DNA from: Longimicrobiales bacterium
GTDB taxonomy: Bacteria; Gemmatimonadota; Gemmatimonadetes; Longimicrobiales; Gaopeijiaceae
Reading direction: 5' to 3'
Length of the DNA: 64,000 nt
NCBI GenBank assembly: GCA_965203485.1
Contig: OZ241892.1
Coordinates: forward strand, 896,001 to 960,000
The notes below the pieces were generated by a model that made no database searches, was not told where the DNA came from, and saw only the letters and a program-made list of their open reading frames with translations. Shown here piece by piece: positions 10,259-18,839 of the stretch (positions are counted from its first letter, which is position 1; each line of letters opens with the position of its first letter). The position numbers were made by a program, and so were the translations under genes.

Positions 10259-11427
10259 GGCTCTTGGGCGCCGTGCTCGCCGGCGGGCGGAGTCGGCGTT
10301 TCGGGTCGCCCAAGGCGCTGGCGCGGCTTCACGGGCGGCCGCTGTGGCAGGTGGCGCGCGGTCGGTTGGCCGCGGTCTGCGACCGGGTGGTGGTGGTCGC
10401 CAACGACTCCCGCGTGGCGAAGGCGGTCGAGGACGCAGGCGACTCGCGGGCGCCGGGCGCCGGAGAGCGCGTCGGCGTCGTGGCCGACCGGCATCCGCAT
10501 CTGGGGCCGCTGGCCGGCATCCAGGCGGCCCTGGGGGTGGCGGCGGCGGACGGCATGGACGCCGTGCTGGTGTTGGCGGTCGACATGCCGTGGGTGCCCC
10601 GAGACGCGCTCGCGCGCTTGGCGTCGGCCTGGCGGGCCGGCGGCGGACGGTCGGCCGTCGTGCCCCGCGTCGCGCCGGGCCGCCCGGCCGAACCGTTGTG
10701 CGCAGTCTATCCGGCGTCGGCCTTGGCGGCCGCCGCTCGAGCGCTGGAGGAGGGCCGGCGCGCGGCGGGCGACTTTGCGCGGTCCTTGCGGGCCGTGGCC
10801 GTGGATGCCCGCGCGGGCGCGGACGGCTGGACCGGCCCCGGCGCCCCCTTCGCGAGCGTGAACGCGCCCGGGGACTTGCCGCCGCCGGCCGTCTCGGTCG
10901 TCGGCAACAAGAACTCCGGAAAGACGACGCTGGTGGTGCGGCTGGTCGCCGAACTCGGGTCCAGAGGGCGCCGCGTCATGTCGGCCAAGCACGGCCACAA
11001 CTTTCGCGTGGACACGCCGGGCGCCGATTCCTGGCGCCACCGGCACGAGGGCGGCGCCGAACGCGTCCTGCTCGCGGGACCCGCCGGTTTGGCTCTCGTG
11101 GGCGGCTGGGCCGGACGCTCGGAGCCGCCTCTGGACGCGTTGCTGGTTCGCCACTTGGCCGGAGCCGAGATCGTCGTGGCCGAGGGGTTCCGCGCCGCCG
11201 CCGCGCCCAAGGTGGAGGTCTTGCGCGCCTCAGCCCAGGCGGAGGCCGTCTTCGGTCCAGCGCGCGCGCGCGCGGCGGGGGTGCTCTGCGCGGTCACCGA
11301 CCAGCCGGACGCTCGGTGGACCGTGCCCGTCTTCGACGCCGCGGCGTCCGAGACCGCGTCGCAGGTGGCCGATCTCGTGGAGGCGGCGCTTCTGCCGCCC
11401 GCTGCGCCCCGATCGAGACGCGATTAG
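10255..11427 (+). CDS. mobAB: Fused molybdenum cofactor guanylyltransferase (MobA) and MobB-like P-loop domain
   Basis: VLAGGRSRRFGSPKA, GPLAGI, LAVDMP, EPLCAVY (MobA); then VSVVGNKNSGKTTL, KHGH, DTPGADSWRH, AEGF (MobB); GTG overlaps the fdhD stop. Confidence 0.9.
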   Translation: MRLLGAVLAGGRSRRFGSPKALARLHGRPLWQVARGRLAAVCDRVVVVANDSRVAKAVEDAGDSRAPGAGERVGVVADRHPHLGPLAGIQAALGVAAADGMDAVLVLAVDMPWVPRDALARLASAWRAGGGRSAVVPRVAPGRPAEPLCAVYPASALAAAARALEEGRRAAGDFARSLRAVAVDARAGADGWTGPGAPFASVNAPGDLPPPAVSVVGNKNSGKTTLVVRLVAELGSRGRRVMSAKHGHNFRVDTPGADSWRHRHEGGAERVLLAGPAGLALVGGWAGRSEPPLDALLVRHLAGAEIVVAEGFRAAAAPKVEVLRASAQAEAVFGPARARAAGVLCAVTDQPDARWTVPVFDAAASETASQVADLVEAALLPPAAPRSRRD

Positions 11428-11648
11428 CCCTCGCTTGGCTGGTCGGCGACGGGCACGGCCGACGAGGCGTTCGCCGGGCGGCGCGCGGCCCTCCACGCAG
11501 CGGTCTTCCGTTGCGCGCGACGCCGGCTCGGCCGTCGCCGGCGCTCAATCGCACCGGCGGGATCTGCGCTTGAAACGCACCGCCGCGGCGGCTCGTAGGA
11601 CTTGGCGGCGGAGATGTCGCCCACGACGCCATACCGGAGCAGAACCAA

Positions 11649-12776
11649 ATGCGCAGAAGCCCGATCCAGCGCCCTTCCAGGTCCTCTTGGGCGTCGCGAA
11701 CGCGGGCCGCGCCGTGCCGCCGCCGCCGTCGCCGTGCCGCTTGCGCGTTTCTGGGCCCGGCTCTCGCGGCGGCGGGATGGCCGGACGCAGGCGACGCGGC
11801 CGCCCAGGAGCGGCATGCGCTGCGCGGACGCGCCGTTTCCGTGTACAACTTGGCTGGCACGGTCGAGGTTGTTCCGGGCGGCGGGCCGGACGTCGTGGTC
11901 GAGGTGACGCGCCAAGGCGCCGCCGCGGGCCGCCTCCAAGTGGAAGTGGGCAGGGCGGGAGGAAGGGAAACCCTGCGCGTCGTCTACCCGGGCGACCGCG
12001 TGGTCTACGGCCGAGCGCGCGGTTCGAGCAGGATGAGGGTTCGCGACGACGGCACTTTCTTCGGGGGCGGGCGCAGCGGGCGCGACGTGGTGGTGTCGAG
12101 CCGCGGGCGCGGCCTGGAGGCCCATGCGGACCTGCTGGTGCGCGCGCCGCCGGGCGGCGACGTGGCCGTCTACGTCGGCGTGGGCGAGGCTTTGGCGCGC
12201 GGCCTGCAGGCGCGGCTCCGCGTCGAGACGGGCTCGGGGTCGGTGGAGGTGGAGGACGTGCTGGGCGACGTGGACGTGGACACGGGCTCGGGGTCGGTGG
12301 TCGTCGTCGGCGTGGAGGGGCACGTACACGTGGACACGGGTTCCGGCGCCGTGCGGTTGAACCGGGTGACGGGACCGGCGCTCGAAGTGGACACCGGGGC
12401 GGGCGCGGTGGAAGGCCGCGACGTGTCGGCGGAGACCGTCCACGTGGACACGGGCTCCGGCCGCATCCGCTTCGACGGCCTGGCTGCTCCGAGGATCGAG
12501 TGCGACACCGGCGCCGGCTCCGTGCATCTGTCGCTTGCCGCGGACGTCGACCGCCTCGTCGTGGACACCGGGTCGGGAGGCGTAACGCTCCTGGTGCCCG
12601 ATCAGCTCGGGGCCGAGTTGCGCTTGGACGCCGGCTCCGGGCGCATCAGCGTGGACGCGCCCGGAGCGGTCGTCGATGTTTCGAAGCGCGGCTACCTGCG
12701 AGGCACGCTGGGCGACGGCGTCGGACGGGTGGTCGTCGACACCGGGTCCGGCAACGTGAAGGTGCGCGGCAAGTAG
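11649..12776 (+). CDS. DUF4097-like beta-strand repeat (adhesin-like) exported protein
   Basis: About ten regularly spaced (D/E)TG(S/A)G-x-V type repeats in the C-terminal half; start uncertain. Confidence 0.75.
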   Translation: MRRSPIQRPSRSSWASRTRAAPCRRRRRRAACAFLGPALAAAGWPDAGDAAAQERHALRGRAVSVYNLAGTVEVVPGGGPDVVVEVTRQGAAAGRLQVEVGRAGGRETLRVVYPGDRVVYGRARGSSRMRVRDDGTFFGGGRSGRDVVVSSRGRGLEAHADLLVRAPPGGDVAVYVGVGEALARGLQARLRVETGSGSVEVEDVLGDVDVDTGSGSVVVVGVEGHVHVDTGSGAVRLNRVTGPALEVDTGAGAVEGRDVSAETVHVDTGSGRIRFDGLAAPRIECDTGAGSVHLSLAADVDRLVVDTGSGGVTLLVPDQLGAELRLDAGSGRISVDAPGAVVDVSKRGYLRGTLGDGVGRVVVDTGSGNVKVRGK

Positions 12777-12792
12777 CCGGCCGGGAGGGGCG

Positions 12793-13428
12793 TCAGTTCA
12801 CGCGCTCGACCGGAACCGCGACCCGGTAGCCCTCCCAAGTCACCACCAGCGTGGCGGCGTCCTCCGTCACGTCCTCGAACGCCATCGTCAGCGTCTCGAC
12901 GTGCTCGTTGGGCGCGACCGCCACGGTCCCCGACCCGATGTCCGACGCCGTCACGTCGTCGTTGATCGGGACACCCCAACGCTCGGCGGCGCTGTTCACG
13001 ACGATGTCCCACGACTCCTCGCCGACCACGGCGTACAAGGAGTAGGAGCCCGCAGGCACGGCCACGCCGGCGACCGACGCCGCGAACGGCAGGTGGATCG
13101 ACGTGGCCTCGTTGGCGCCCAGCCGCCAGCGCGTGCCGTGGGGATGAGCCTCGCCGCCCACCATCCGCCTTCCGCGGGCCGACGGCGCGCCGTAGCACAC
13201 CTTCACTTCTTCGCCGCCCATGTCGGCCGTGGCCGAGTCGGGCGGACTGGGCCGCGAGGCCGCGTCGTCCGACTGCAAGTAGCACTGCGCCTGAACTGCG
13301 GCGGCCTCGCTCTCGGCGACCACGTCCGACGCCGCGGCGGCGCCCTGCGTGTCCGAAGCGGCCGAACAGGCCGTTGCGATCGAGACGGCCGCTCCGAGAG
13401 CCAGCGCGCCGGTGGCGTTCTTCGTCAT
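12793..13428 (-). CDS. DUF2911-domain putative lipoprotein
   Basis: SRPSP, VKVCYGAPSARGR, WRLGANEAT, VPAGSYSLY, W-x-I-V-V-N; signal peptide ending in SIATAC; ATG 13428. Confidence 0.8.
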   Translation of the reverse strand: MTKNATGALALGAAVSIATACSAASDTQGAAAASDVVAESEAAAVQAQCYLQSDDAASRPSPPDSATADMGGEEVKVCYGAPSARGRRMVGGEAHPHGTRWRLGANEATSIHLPFAASVAGVAVPAGSYSLYAVVGEESWDIVVNSAAERWGVPINDDVTASDIGSGTVAVAPNEHVETLTMAFEDVTEDAATLVVTWEGYRVAVPVERVN

Positions 13429-13626
13429 TGGGTTTTCCTTTGCTCCGTCTTGGTCCCTTGCCGGTGTTGCGTTTGGGGCGTCGGCCGACGAACGCCGCTT
13501 CGCCCCCCGCCGTGGAAACTGCGCCGGACAATCTACGCGACCGGTGGGCCAAGCGGGAAGGGGGGGCGCCAAGGAGATCCCGGAGCAGCGCCGGGTCCGG
13601 CTTCGGCGGGGTGCGGCCCCGCGCGG

Positions 13627-14502
13627 CTAGCCACCGAATCCGAAGCGAACCGTGACGCTGGCGATGGGCCAGTACTTGAGGTAGGTGGCCGCGCGGTCGG
13701 CGATGTTGTCCTCTTCCAGGTCCAGGTGGCGCCGAAACTCCTCGGATTCGGACAGGCCCGCTTCGCCGGCGGCCTCCAGGTCCACGCGGGCGTCCCCCAG
13801 GAAGGCCGCCCCGAGGTCCAGCGAAACTCCGAAGCCGACGGGCGCGCGCGTCCCGAATCCGATCAGCGCGAAGAACGCCTCGTTCCGGGACCGGTGCGTG
13901 CCGCTGATCTCGCGGACCCGGCCCGCCGTGTAGAGGCGCCCCCCCAGCTCGACCGCCGCCGTCGGCTCCAGGACGACGTCTGCCGACACGTCGCCGGGCT
14001 TGAACAGCACGCCGCCTCCGACCCGAAAGAAGCCGCCCAAGTAGAAGTCGGCGCCCACCGTGTACCAGTGGCGGGGCAGCCTGAGCTTTGCCGACGCCAC
14101 GCCGTCGATGTCGTAGAAGTCCGTCGCGTCGATGCTGAAGGGCAGGAGACCGTACCCGGCGCGAAACGCCGCCTGCCCGAAGCGAACGCCTCCCTCGACC
14201 CCGAGGCCGACGGTCCCCGCTCTCGCCCCTACCTCGAAGCCCGCCAGTTGCGCCGGGGCCCTCGCCGGCGCGCCGCCGGCCGCCAGCGTCGCGACCAGGA
14301 CCGCGGCAGGCGTTGCGCCCCGGCGGCTCTCCGTCCCCGGTTCCCGCCGGGCTGCGCGTTGCAGTGGCCCGAAGGCGATCAGGCGCGGCCGCCGTCCCTT
14401 GCGCGTCCGGGGCGTTGCGAGCCGGGCGGCCCGCCGAGGGCGCCCCGGCCCCAGGAGCCGCCGCCTTCGCTTCGGCGGCGGACCGTTGCGGACGGTCTTC
14501 AT
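13627..14502 (-). CDS. Putative outer-membrane beta-barrel protein
   Basis: Signal-like VLVATLAAGGAPARA; GARAGTVGLGVE; alternating hydrophobic strands; C-terminal YWPIASVTVRFGF; start very uncertain. Confidence 0.65.
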   Translation of the reverse strand: MKTVRNGPPPKRRRRLLGPGRPRRAARLATPRTRKGRRPRLIAFGPLQRAARREPGTESRRGATPAAVLVATLAAGGAPARAPAQLAGFEVGARAGTVGLGVEGGVRFGQAAFRAGYGLLPFSIDATDFYDIDGVASAKLRLPRHWYTVGADFYLGGFFRVGGGVLFKPGDVSADVVLEPTAAVELGGRLYTAGRVREISGTHRSRNEAFFALIGFGTRAPVGFGVSLDLGAAFLGDARVDLEAAGEAGLSESEEFRRHLDLEEDNIADRAATYLKYWPIASVTVRFGFGG

Positions 14503-14595
14503 CCCCTGCAACATGGGGCGTCGCGAGGCCGGCTTCAACCTGGCGCCCGGGCCCTTGCCCGCCGCCTGCCTTGCCCTCGGCCTTCGCCCCCGCAA

Positions 14596-14623
14596 TTGAC
14601 CTGGTCGCCGGGTCGCATACATT
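14596..14623 (+). promoter_or_regulatory. Candidate sigma70 promoter for the TPR gene
   Basis: TTGACC-N16-TACATT in an AT-richer patch about 135 nt upstream of the ATG. Confidence 0.45.
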
Positions 14624-14757
14624 TACTGCAATGTTGCCCCGGCCCGAGCGCCCGAGCCCCGGGGCTTTCGTCCGCGCGCGGCGGACGGGGCCGAGTCGTC
14701 GCTGGAGGGCGCGGGGCGGCCAAGACGATCGCGGAATTCCGCAAGGGAGAAGAGGAC

Positions 14758-16545
14758 ATGAGGATGTTCGGACGCTACGGCGTTTTGGGGGCAGCGGTCG
14801 TTGCTCTCGCTGGATGGGCGGCGGCGCCTTCGGCAAGCGCGCAGATGCAGGAGCGGCACCGCGTGCTGGTCGTCGCCCTCAAGCCGTTGCAGGGAGCCGA
14901 CGACGACTTCGGCAAGGACTTCGCCAAGAACTTGCGCGAGCTCATCAACGACTCGAACACGCACCAGCCGATCGAGGAGAAGGAGCTCAAGGACGCAGCC
15001 AAGCAGTTCAAGATCGACATGGAGGACATCGACTGCATTCTCGGCGTCCAGCTCGGCAGCCAGATCGACGCCAACCTCGTCTTTTGCGGCAGCTACACGG
15101 AGGACGACCAAGCCAAGACGGTGTCCGCCACGGACATGAAGTTCCAGGCGCCCGGCGGGAACTCCTTCGGAATCTCCGACGCGGTCTGGGGAGAGAAGGA
15201 CGACGAGCAGGCGGCCCAGGACGTCTACGATCAGTTCGGTTCCTACATCGACCAGATCCGCCGCGCGATCTTCTGCGTCGAGTACTACGAGTCGAAGGAC
15301 TGGGTCAGCGCCGAAGAGAACTGCAGCCTCGCGCTCGAGATGAAGAAGGACGACGCGGGCACCCGCTTCATCTACGCGATGATGCACATGCAGCAGGGGC
15401 GCGCCGCCGAAGACGCGGGCGACGACGCGGGCGCCCGGGAGTTCTTCGGCACGTCCTACGACGAAGTCCAGACCCTGATCGAGCAGGACCCGCTGCACGA
15501 GGACGGCCTCGAGCTGGCGGGCTTCCTCGCCGCCAAGCTGGACCGCCCCGACGAGGCTCGCGGGTACTACGCGGAGTTCCTGAAGCTCGATCCGAACAAC
15601 GCCGCGGTCCGGATGAGGGTGGCGTACGACTTGGCGCTCGCCGGGGACGCCGAAGGCGCGATGCTCCTGATCGAGGAGGGTCTGGCGCTCGACGGCGAGA
15701 ACGTCGACCTGTTGCTTCAGCATGCGGCGTTCGCCGCGCGGGTTGCGCAGGGGCACCGCGAGGGCGTGCCGGAGGACGAGCCGTTGCCTCCCGACGCCGC
15801 GGTTCTCTACGAAAAGGTGCTCTCGTCCTACGACCAGGCGTACGGAGTGCAGGGCGAGGACATGGACGTGGCGCACCTGAAGAACATGATCGCCGCGTAC
15901 AGCGAACTGGATCGGACCGACGAGGCGGTCGAGATGGCCGAGCGCGTGTTGCGAACGCACGGCGCCGAAGCCGACCTTTGGTTCCAATACGCCAACGTCC
16001 TCAAGAAGGCGGACCGCTTGGACGATGCCGTCGCGGCGCTGGATTCGGTCGACAGGCGCGACGCCGCGTTCCCCAACACGAACGTGACCCAGGGCCGCTG
16101 GATGCTCGAGAACGACCGGCCGCAGGATGCGCTGGGGTACCTGCATGCCGCGGTCGAGAAGGGCGAGCAGCCCGCCGACTTGGTGGCCCGCCTGCTCTTG
16201 GTGGACGGACACGCCAAGGGCATCGGCAAGGGCAATCACCGGTACGCGATCAGGATGATCGAGATGGCCAAGACCTTCGAGGGCGAAGTCTCGGAGAGCG
16301 TTGCCGGGGAGCTGGACTTCTGGCACGGGTACGCGCTCTACGAGCGGGCCAAGGGCGTGCAGGCGCCGGAAACGCTTCAGTCGGCGCAGCAGGCCCTGCC
16401 GCTCTTCCAGAGCGCTGCCCGCCTCTTGGGCTTGGCCCGGGTGACCACGTACGCCGAGACCCAACCGAGCGTCAAGCTCCAGCAGCTGCGCGACGCGATT
16501 CAGCAGTACATCGAGATTCAGCAGGCCCTGATTCAGCGCGGCTGA
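14758..16545 (+). CDS. Exported tetratricopeptide-repeat protein
   Basis: RBS GAGGA then ATG; Sec signal ending ASA-Q; repeated helical motifs (LEQDPLH-like, LKLDPNN, LALDGEN, ADLWFQYA); strong C/G3 codon bias. Confidence 0.8.
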   Translation: MRMFGRYGVLGAAVVALAGWAAAPSASAQMQERHRVLVVALKPLQGADDDFGKDFAKNLRELINDSNTHQPIEEKELKDAAKQFKIDMEDIDCILGVQLGSQIDANLVFCGSYTEDDQAKTVSATDMKFQAPGGNSFGISDAVWGEKDDEQAAQDVYDQFGSYIDQIRRAIFCVEYYESKDWVSAEENCSLALEMKKDDAGTRFIYAMMHMQQGRAAEDAGDDAGAREFFGTSYDEVQTLIEQDPLHEDGLELAGFLAAKLDRPDEARGYYAEFLKLDPNNAAVRMRVAYDLALAGDAEGAMLLIEEGLALDGENVDLLLQHAAFAARVAQGHREGVPEDEPLPPDAAVLYEKVLSSYDQAYGVQGEDMDVAHLKNMIAAYSELDRTDEAVEMAERVLRTHGAEADLWFQYANVLKKADRLDDAVAALDSVDRRDAAFPNTNVTQGRWMLENDRPQDALGYLHAAVEKGEQPADLVARLLLVDGHAKGIGKGNHRYAIRMIEMAKTFEGEVSESVAGELDFWHGYALYERAKGVQAPETLQSAQQALPLFQSAARLLGLARVTTYAETQPSVKLQQLRDAIQQYIEIQQALIQRG

Positions 16546-16578
16546 TAAGGGCCCCAGCAGGGTCCGCCGCCTGCCCGA

Positions 16579-16623
16579 GGGGGCGTTGCCGGCCAAGTCC
16601 GCGGTCGGCGACGCCCCCTTTTT
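16579..16623 (+). terminator. Rho-independent terminator
   Basis: GGGGGCGTTGCCGGCC / GGTCGGCGACGCCCCC stem followed by TTTTT, 34 nt after the TPR stop. Confidence 0.85.
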
Positions 16624-16744
16624 CACGCATCGCGCGCTGCGGCGGGCGAATCCGATCGCCGTAGTCGAAACCGGGCGTCGCGCACGGGCGTCGCGCACGG
16701 TCCTCCGTCGCGCGCTCTTCGGGCGCCGAGACGGCCTGCGCCCC

Positions 16745-16848
16745 CTCTCGCGGTAGGGCCAGGCCGGGCGCGTCGCCGCTTCGTCGGTCGGCGGCGGCGG
16801 TGGTCCGTCCGTGCGCCCGCTCTCGCGGTAGGCCAGGCCGGGCGGGTC
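16745..16848. repeat. Intergenic direct repeat, 2 x ~29 bp, 75-bp period
   Basis: CTCTCGCGGTAG(G)GCCAGGCCGGGCG(C/G)GTC at 16745 and 16820. Confidence 0.6.
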
Positions 16849-17064
16849 CCGTCCGAGTCCTGGTCCCGGGCGCCTCTCGGGCGCGCTGGCCCGCCTCTTT
16901 CCAGCTTGCCGCCCGTCGCCGTCCGTCGCCCAGGCGTACCGCGGCTTCCCAGGGCGCGAAAGCCGCGCGGGGCCGACGGCCGAGGCGGGCGCATCCACAC
17001 GCTCTGCACCAGCCGGGACGGCACGCGCGGATGGCGTGTCCAGAGGGCCCGGGGGGCGTCGCGC

Positions 17065-17117
17065 TTGCCAAAGGGGAATCGAATGGTTAAAGTGGGAAGT
17101 TGTGGGATAAAATGGGA
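17065..17117 (+). promoter_or_regulatory. dcw promoter with MraZ-binding boxes
   Basis: TTGCCA-N17-TAAAGT, overlapped by TGGGA at 17093, 17103 and 17113 (5-nt spacers), the known MraZ operator pattern. Confidence 0.8.
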
Positions 17118-17138
17118 TGCAATCCGGGATTCAGAACC

Positions 17139-17618
17139 GTGGCCAAACTGCTCGGGCGGTACGAGTGCCAGATCGACGCCAAGGGACGCGTCAGCTTCCC
17201 CTCGGCGTTTCGGCGCGCTCTCGGCGCGGGCGGCGCCTCCGTCGAGGCGTCGTCCGGGGACGCGCGCGCCGAGGCTTCCGCGTCTCTGGTCCTGCTCCAA
17301 TGGCAAGCGACTCATCTGGACCTCCTGCCGGCCGCCACGTGGCAGTCGGTCGAGCGCAAGCTCGTGGAGCACCGCCGAGCCAGCGGCGACGGGGGCGCGT
17401 ATCTGAGGCGAATCACCGCCCAGGCGACCGAAGTCGAGCCCGACGACCACGGACGCATCCGCATTCCCCCGTGGCTGAGGGAGCAAGCGGGCCTGGAGGG
17501 GTCGGCCTTGTTCGTCGGCACGGTGGACCGCATCGAGATATGGAGTCCCGAACGCTTCGCGACGGCGATGGACGAATGGGCTTCGGATGCCGACTTCGCC
17601 CCCCGGATCTTCAGCTGA
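17139..17618 (+). CDS. mraZ: Division/cell wall cluster transcriptional repressor MraZ
   Basis: GRYECQIDAKGRVSFP, DDHGRIRIP, VGTVDRIEIWS; GTG start at 17139. Confidence 0.92.
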   Translation: MAKLLGRYECQIDAKGRVSFPSAFRRALGAGGASVEASSGDARAEASASLVLLQWQATHLDLLPAATWQSVERKLVEHRRASGDGGAYLRRITAQATEVEPDDHGRIRIPPWLREQAGLEGSALFVGTVDRIEIWSPERFATAMDEWASDADFAPRIFS

Positions 17619-18561
17619 GGCGGGCTGTGCGCGCGCGCCCGGCTACCGCCACTGCTCCGTTCTCGTGGAGGAGACGATGAGCTGCTTGGCCAGGGGACCC
17701 GCCGGTCTGTACATGGACGGCACGGCTGGCGGGGGCGGACACGCCGCGGCGTTGCTGGGCCGGCGCTCCGACTGCCGCGTGCTCGCCGTGGACCGCGACC
17801 CGGCGGCCGTGTGCGCGACGCGAGGCCGGTTGGCGGCGTTCGGGGAGCGCGCGCGGGTGGCCCGGATGTCGTTTCGGGCCGCGTGCGAAGACGCCGAGGT
17901 CCGCTCGGAGGGGCTCGCGGGCGCTCTGCTGGACCTGGGCGTGAGTTCGCCCCAGCTGGACGACGACCGGCGCGGCTTCACCTTCCGCAAGGGTGCGCCG
18001 CTGGACATGCGCATGGACCCGGACGCGCCCCTCGACGCGGCCGGATTCCTGGCTGGCGCCACCGCGGCGGAGCTGGCCGGCGTCTTGCAGGCGGGGCAAG
18101 CCCCCCGGCCGCGTGCTCTGGCCGGCCAGCTCGTCCGTCGCCGGGCGCGCGGGCCGCTTCTGGCCAGCGACGACCTGGTCGGCGCCCTGGAGGCCGTGCT
18201 CCGCCGTCGCTCGACGCACGCCGAAAAGGCGCGCCTCTTTCAGGCCCTGCGCATACGGGTGAACGACGAGTTGGGGACGCTGAAGGCCGGGCTGGCGGCG
18301 ATCCGCGACGCGCTCCGCCCCGGCGGCGTGGTGGCGGTCGTCGCCTACCATTCCGGCGAGGACCGCGTCGTCAAGCGCGCGTTTCGGCGCTGGGGCGATC
18401 CGAACGCCGGCTTGCCGGCCAAGCTGCCCGTGCGCTCCTTGGATCGGCCGCCCGCCGGCGCCGAGCTCGCCGGGAGGGCCGTGACGGCCTCGGCGCAGGA
18501 GGTGCGGGACAATCCGCGTGCGCGGGGCGCCCGTCTGAGGGCGTGGAGACGGGCGGCGTGA
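17587..18561 (+). CDS. rsmH: 16S rRNA m4C1402 methyltransferase RsmH
   Basis: H-x-SVL, DGTAGGGGH, DRDP, DLGVSSPQLD, RGFTF, LDMRM, FQALRIRVNDEL, YHSGEDR, NPRAR. Confidence 0.93.
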   Translation: MPTSPPGSSAEAGCARAPGYRHCSVLVEETMSCLARGPAGLYMDGTAGGGGHAAALLGRRSDCRVLAVDRDPAAVCATRGRLAAFGERARVARMSFRAACEDAEVRSEGLAGALLDLGVSSPQLDDDRRGFTFRKGAPLDMRMDPDAPLDAAGFLAGATAAELAGVLQAGQAPRPRALAGQLVRRRARGPLLASDDLVGALEAVLRRRSTHAEKARLFQALRIRVNDELGTLKAGLAAIRDALRPGGVVAVVAYHSGEDRVVKRAFRRWGDPNAGLPAKLPVRSLDRPPAGAELAGRAVTASAQEVRDNPRARGARLRAWRRAA

Positions 18562-18839
18562 GCGGCCGGGGACTGGCGGCTCGATGCGGCGTCGCGCTTG
18601 CGGCGATGCTGGCGGCTCTGGCCCTCGTCGCGTGGCGGCAGTCAACCACCCGCGAGACGATGCAGCGGTTGCAGGACGTCGAGCGCGAGCTGGCGATCGC
18701 CGCGGACGAACGCGAGACCCTCGTCCGCCGGCTGACCCAGATCGAGGCGCGGCCGCGCGTCGCGGCCGAGGCCGCCAGGCGCCTCGGCCTGCGCCCGCCG
18801 AACGACCACGAGGTCGTGATTCCCGCGGGAGGCTGGTGA
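18558..18839 (+). CDS. ftsL: Cell division protein FtsL-like
   Basis: 93 aa; one TM helix, coiled coil, AARRLGL-x-P; sits between rsmH and ftsI with overlapping start/stop codons. Confidence 0.75.
   Translation: MSGRGLAARCGVALAAMLAALALVAWRQSTTRETMQRLQDVERELAIAADERETLVRRLTQIEARPRVAAEAARRLGLRPPNDHEVVIPAGGW

Noticed and set aside
12901..14757. Very long ORF-track proteins as giant fusions (e.g. 12901..16545, 18910..22446, 29611..33045, 36221..41182)
   Set aside because: The upstream parts are stop-free shadow frames over real genes in high-GC DNA; true starts lie at overlapping start/stop junctions or RBS sites downstream
16630..17060. RNase P RNA (rnpB), which lies upstream of mraZ in some bacteria
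   Set aside because: The conserved GAGGAAAGTCC and terminal CGGCTTA-type signatures were not found on either strand by eye
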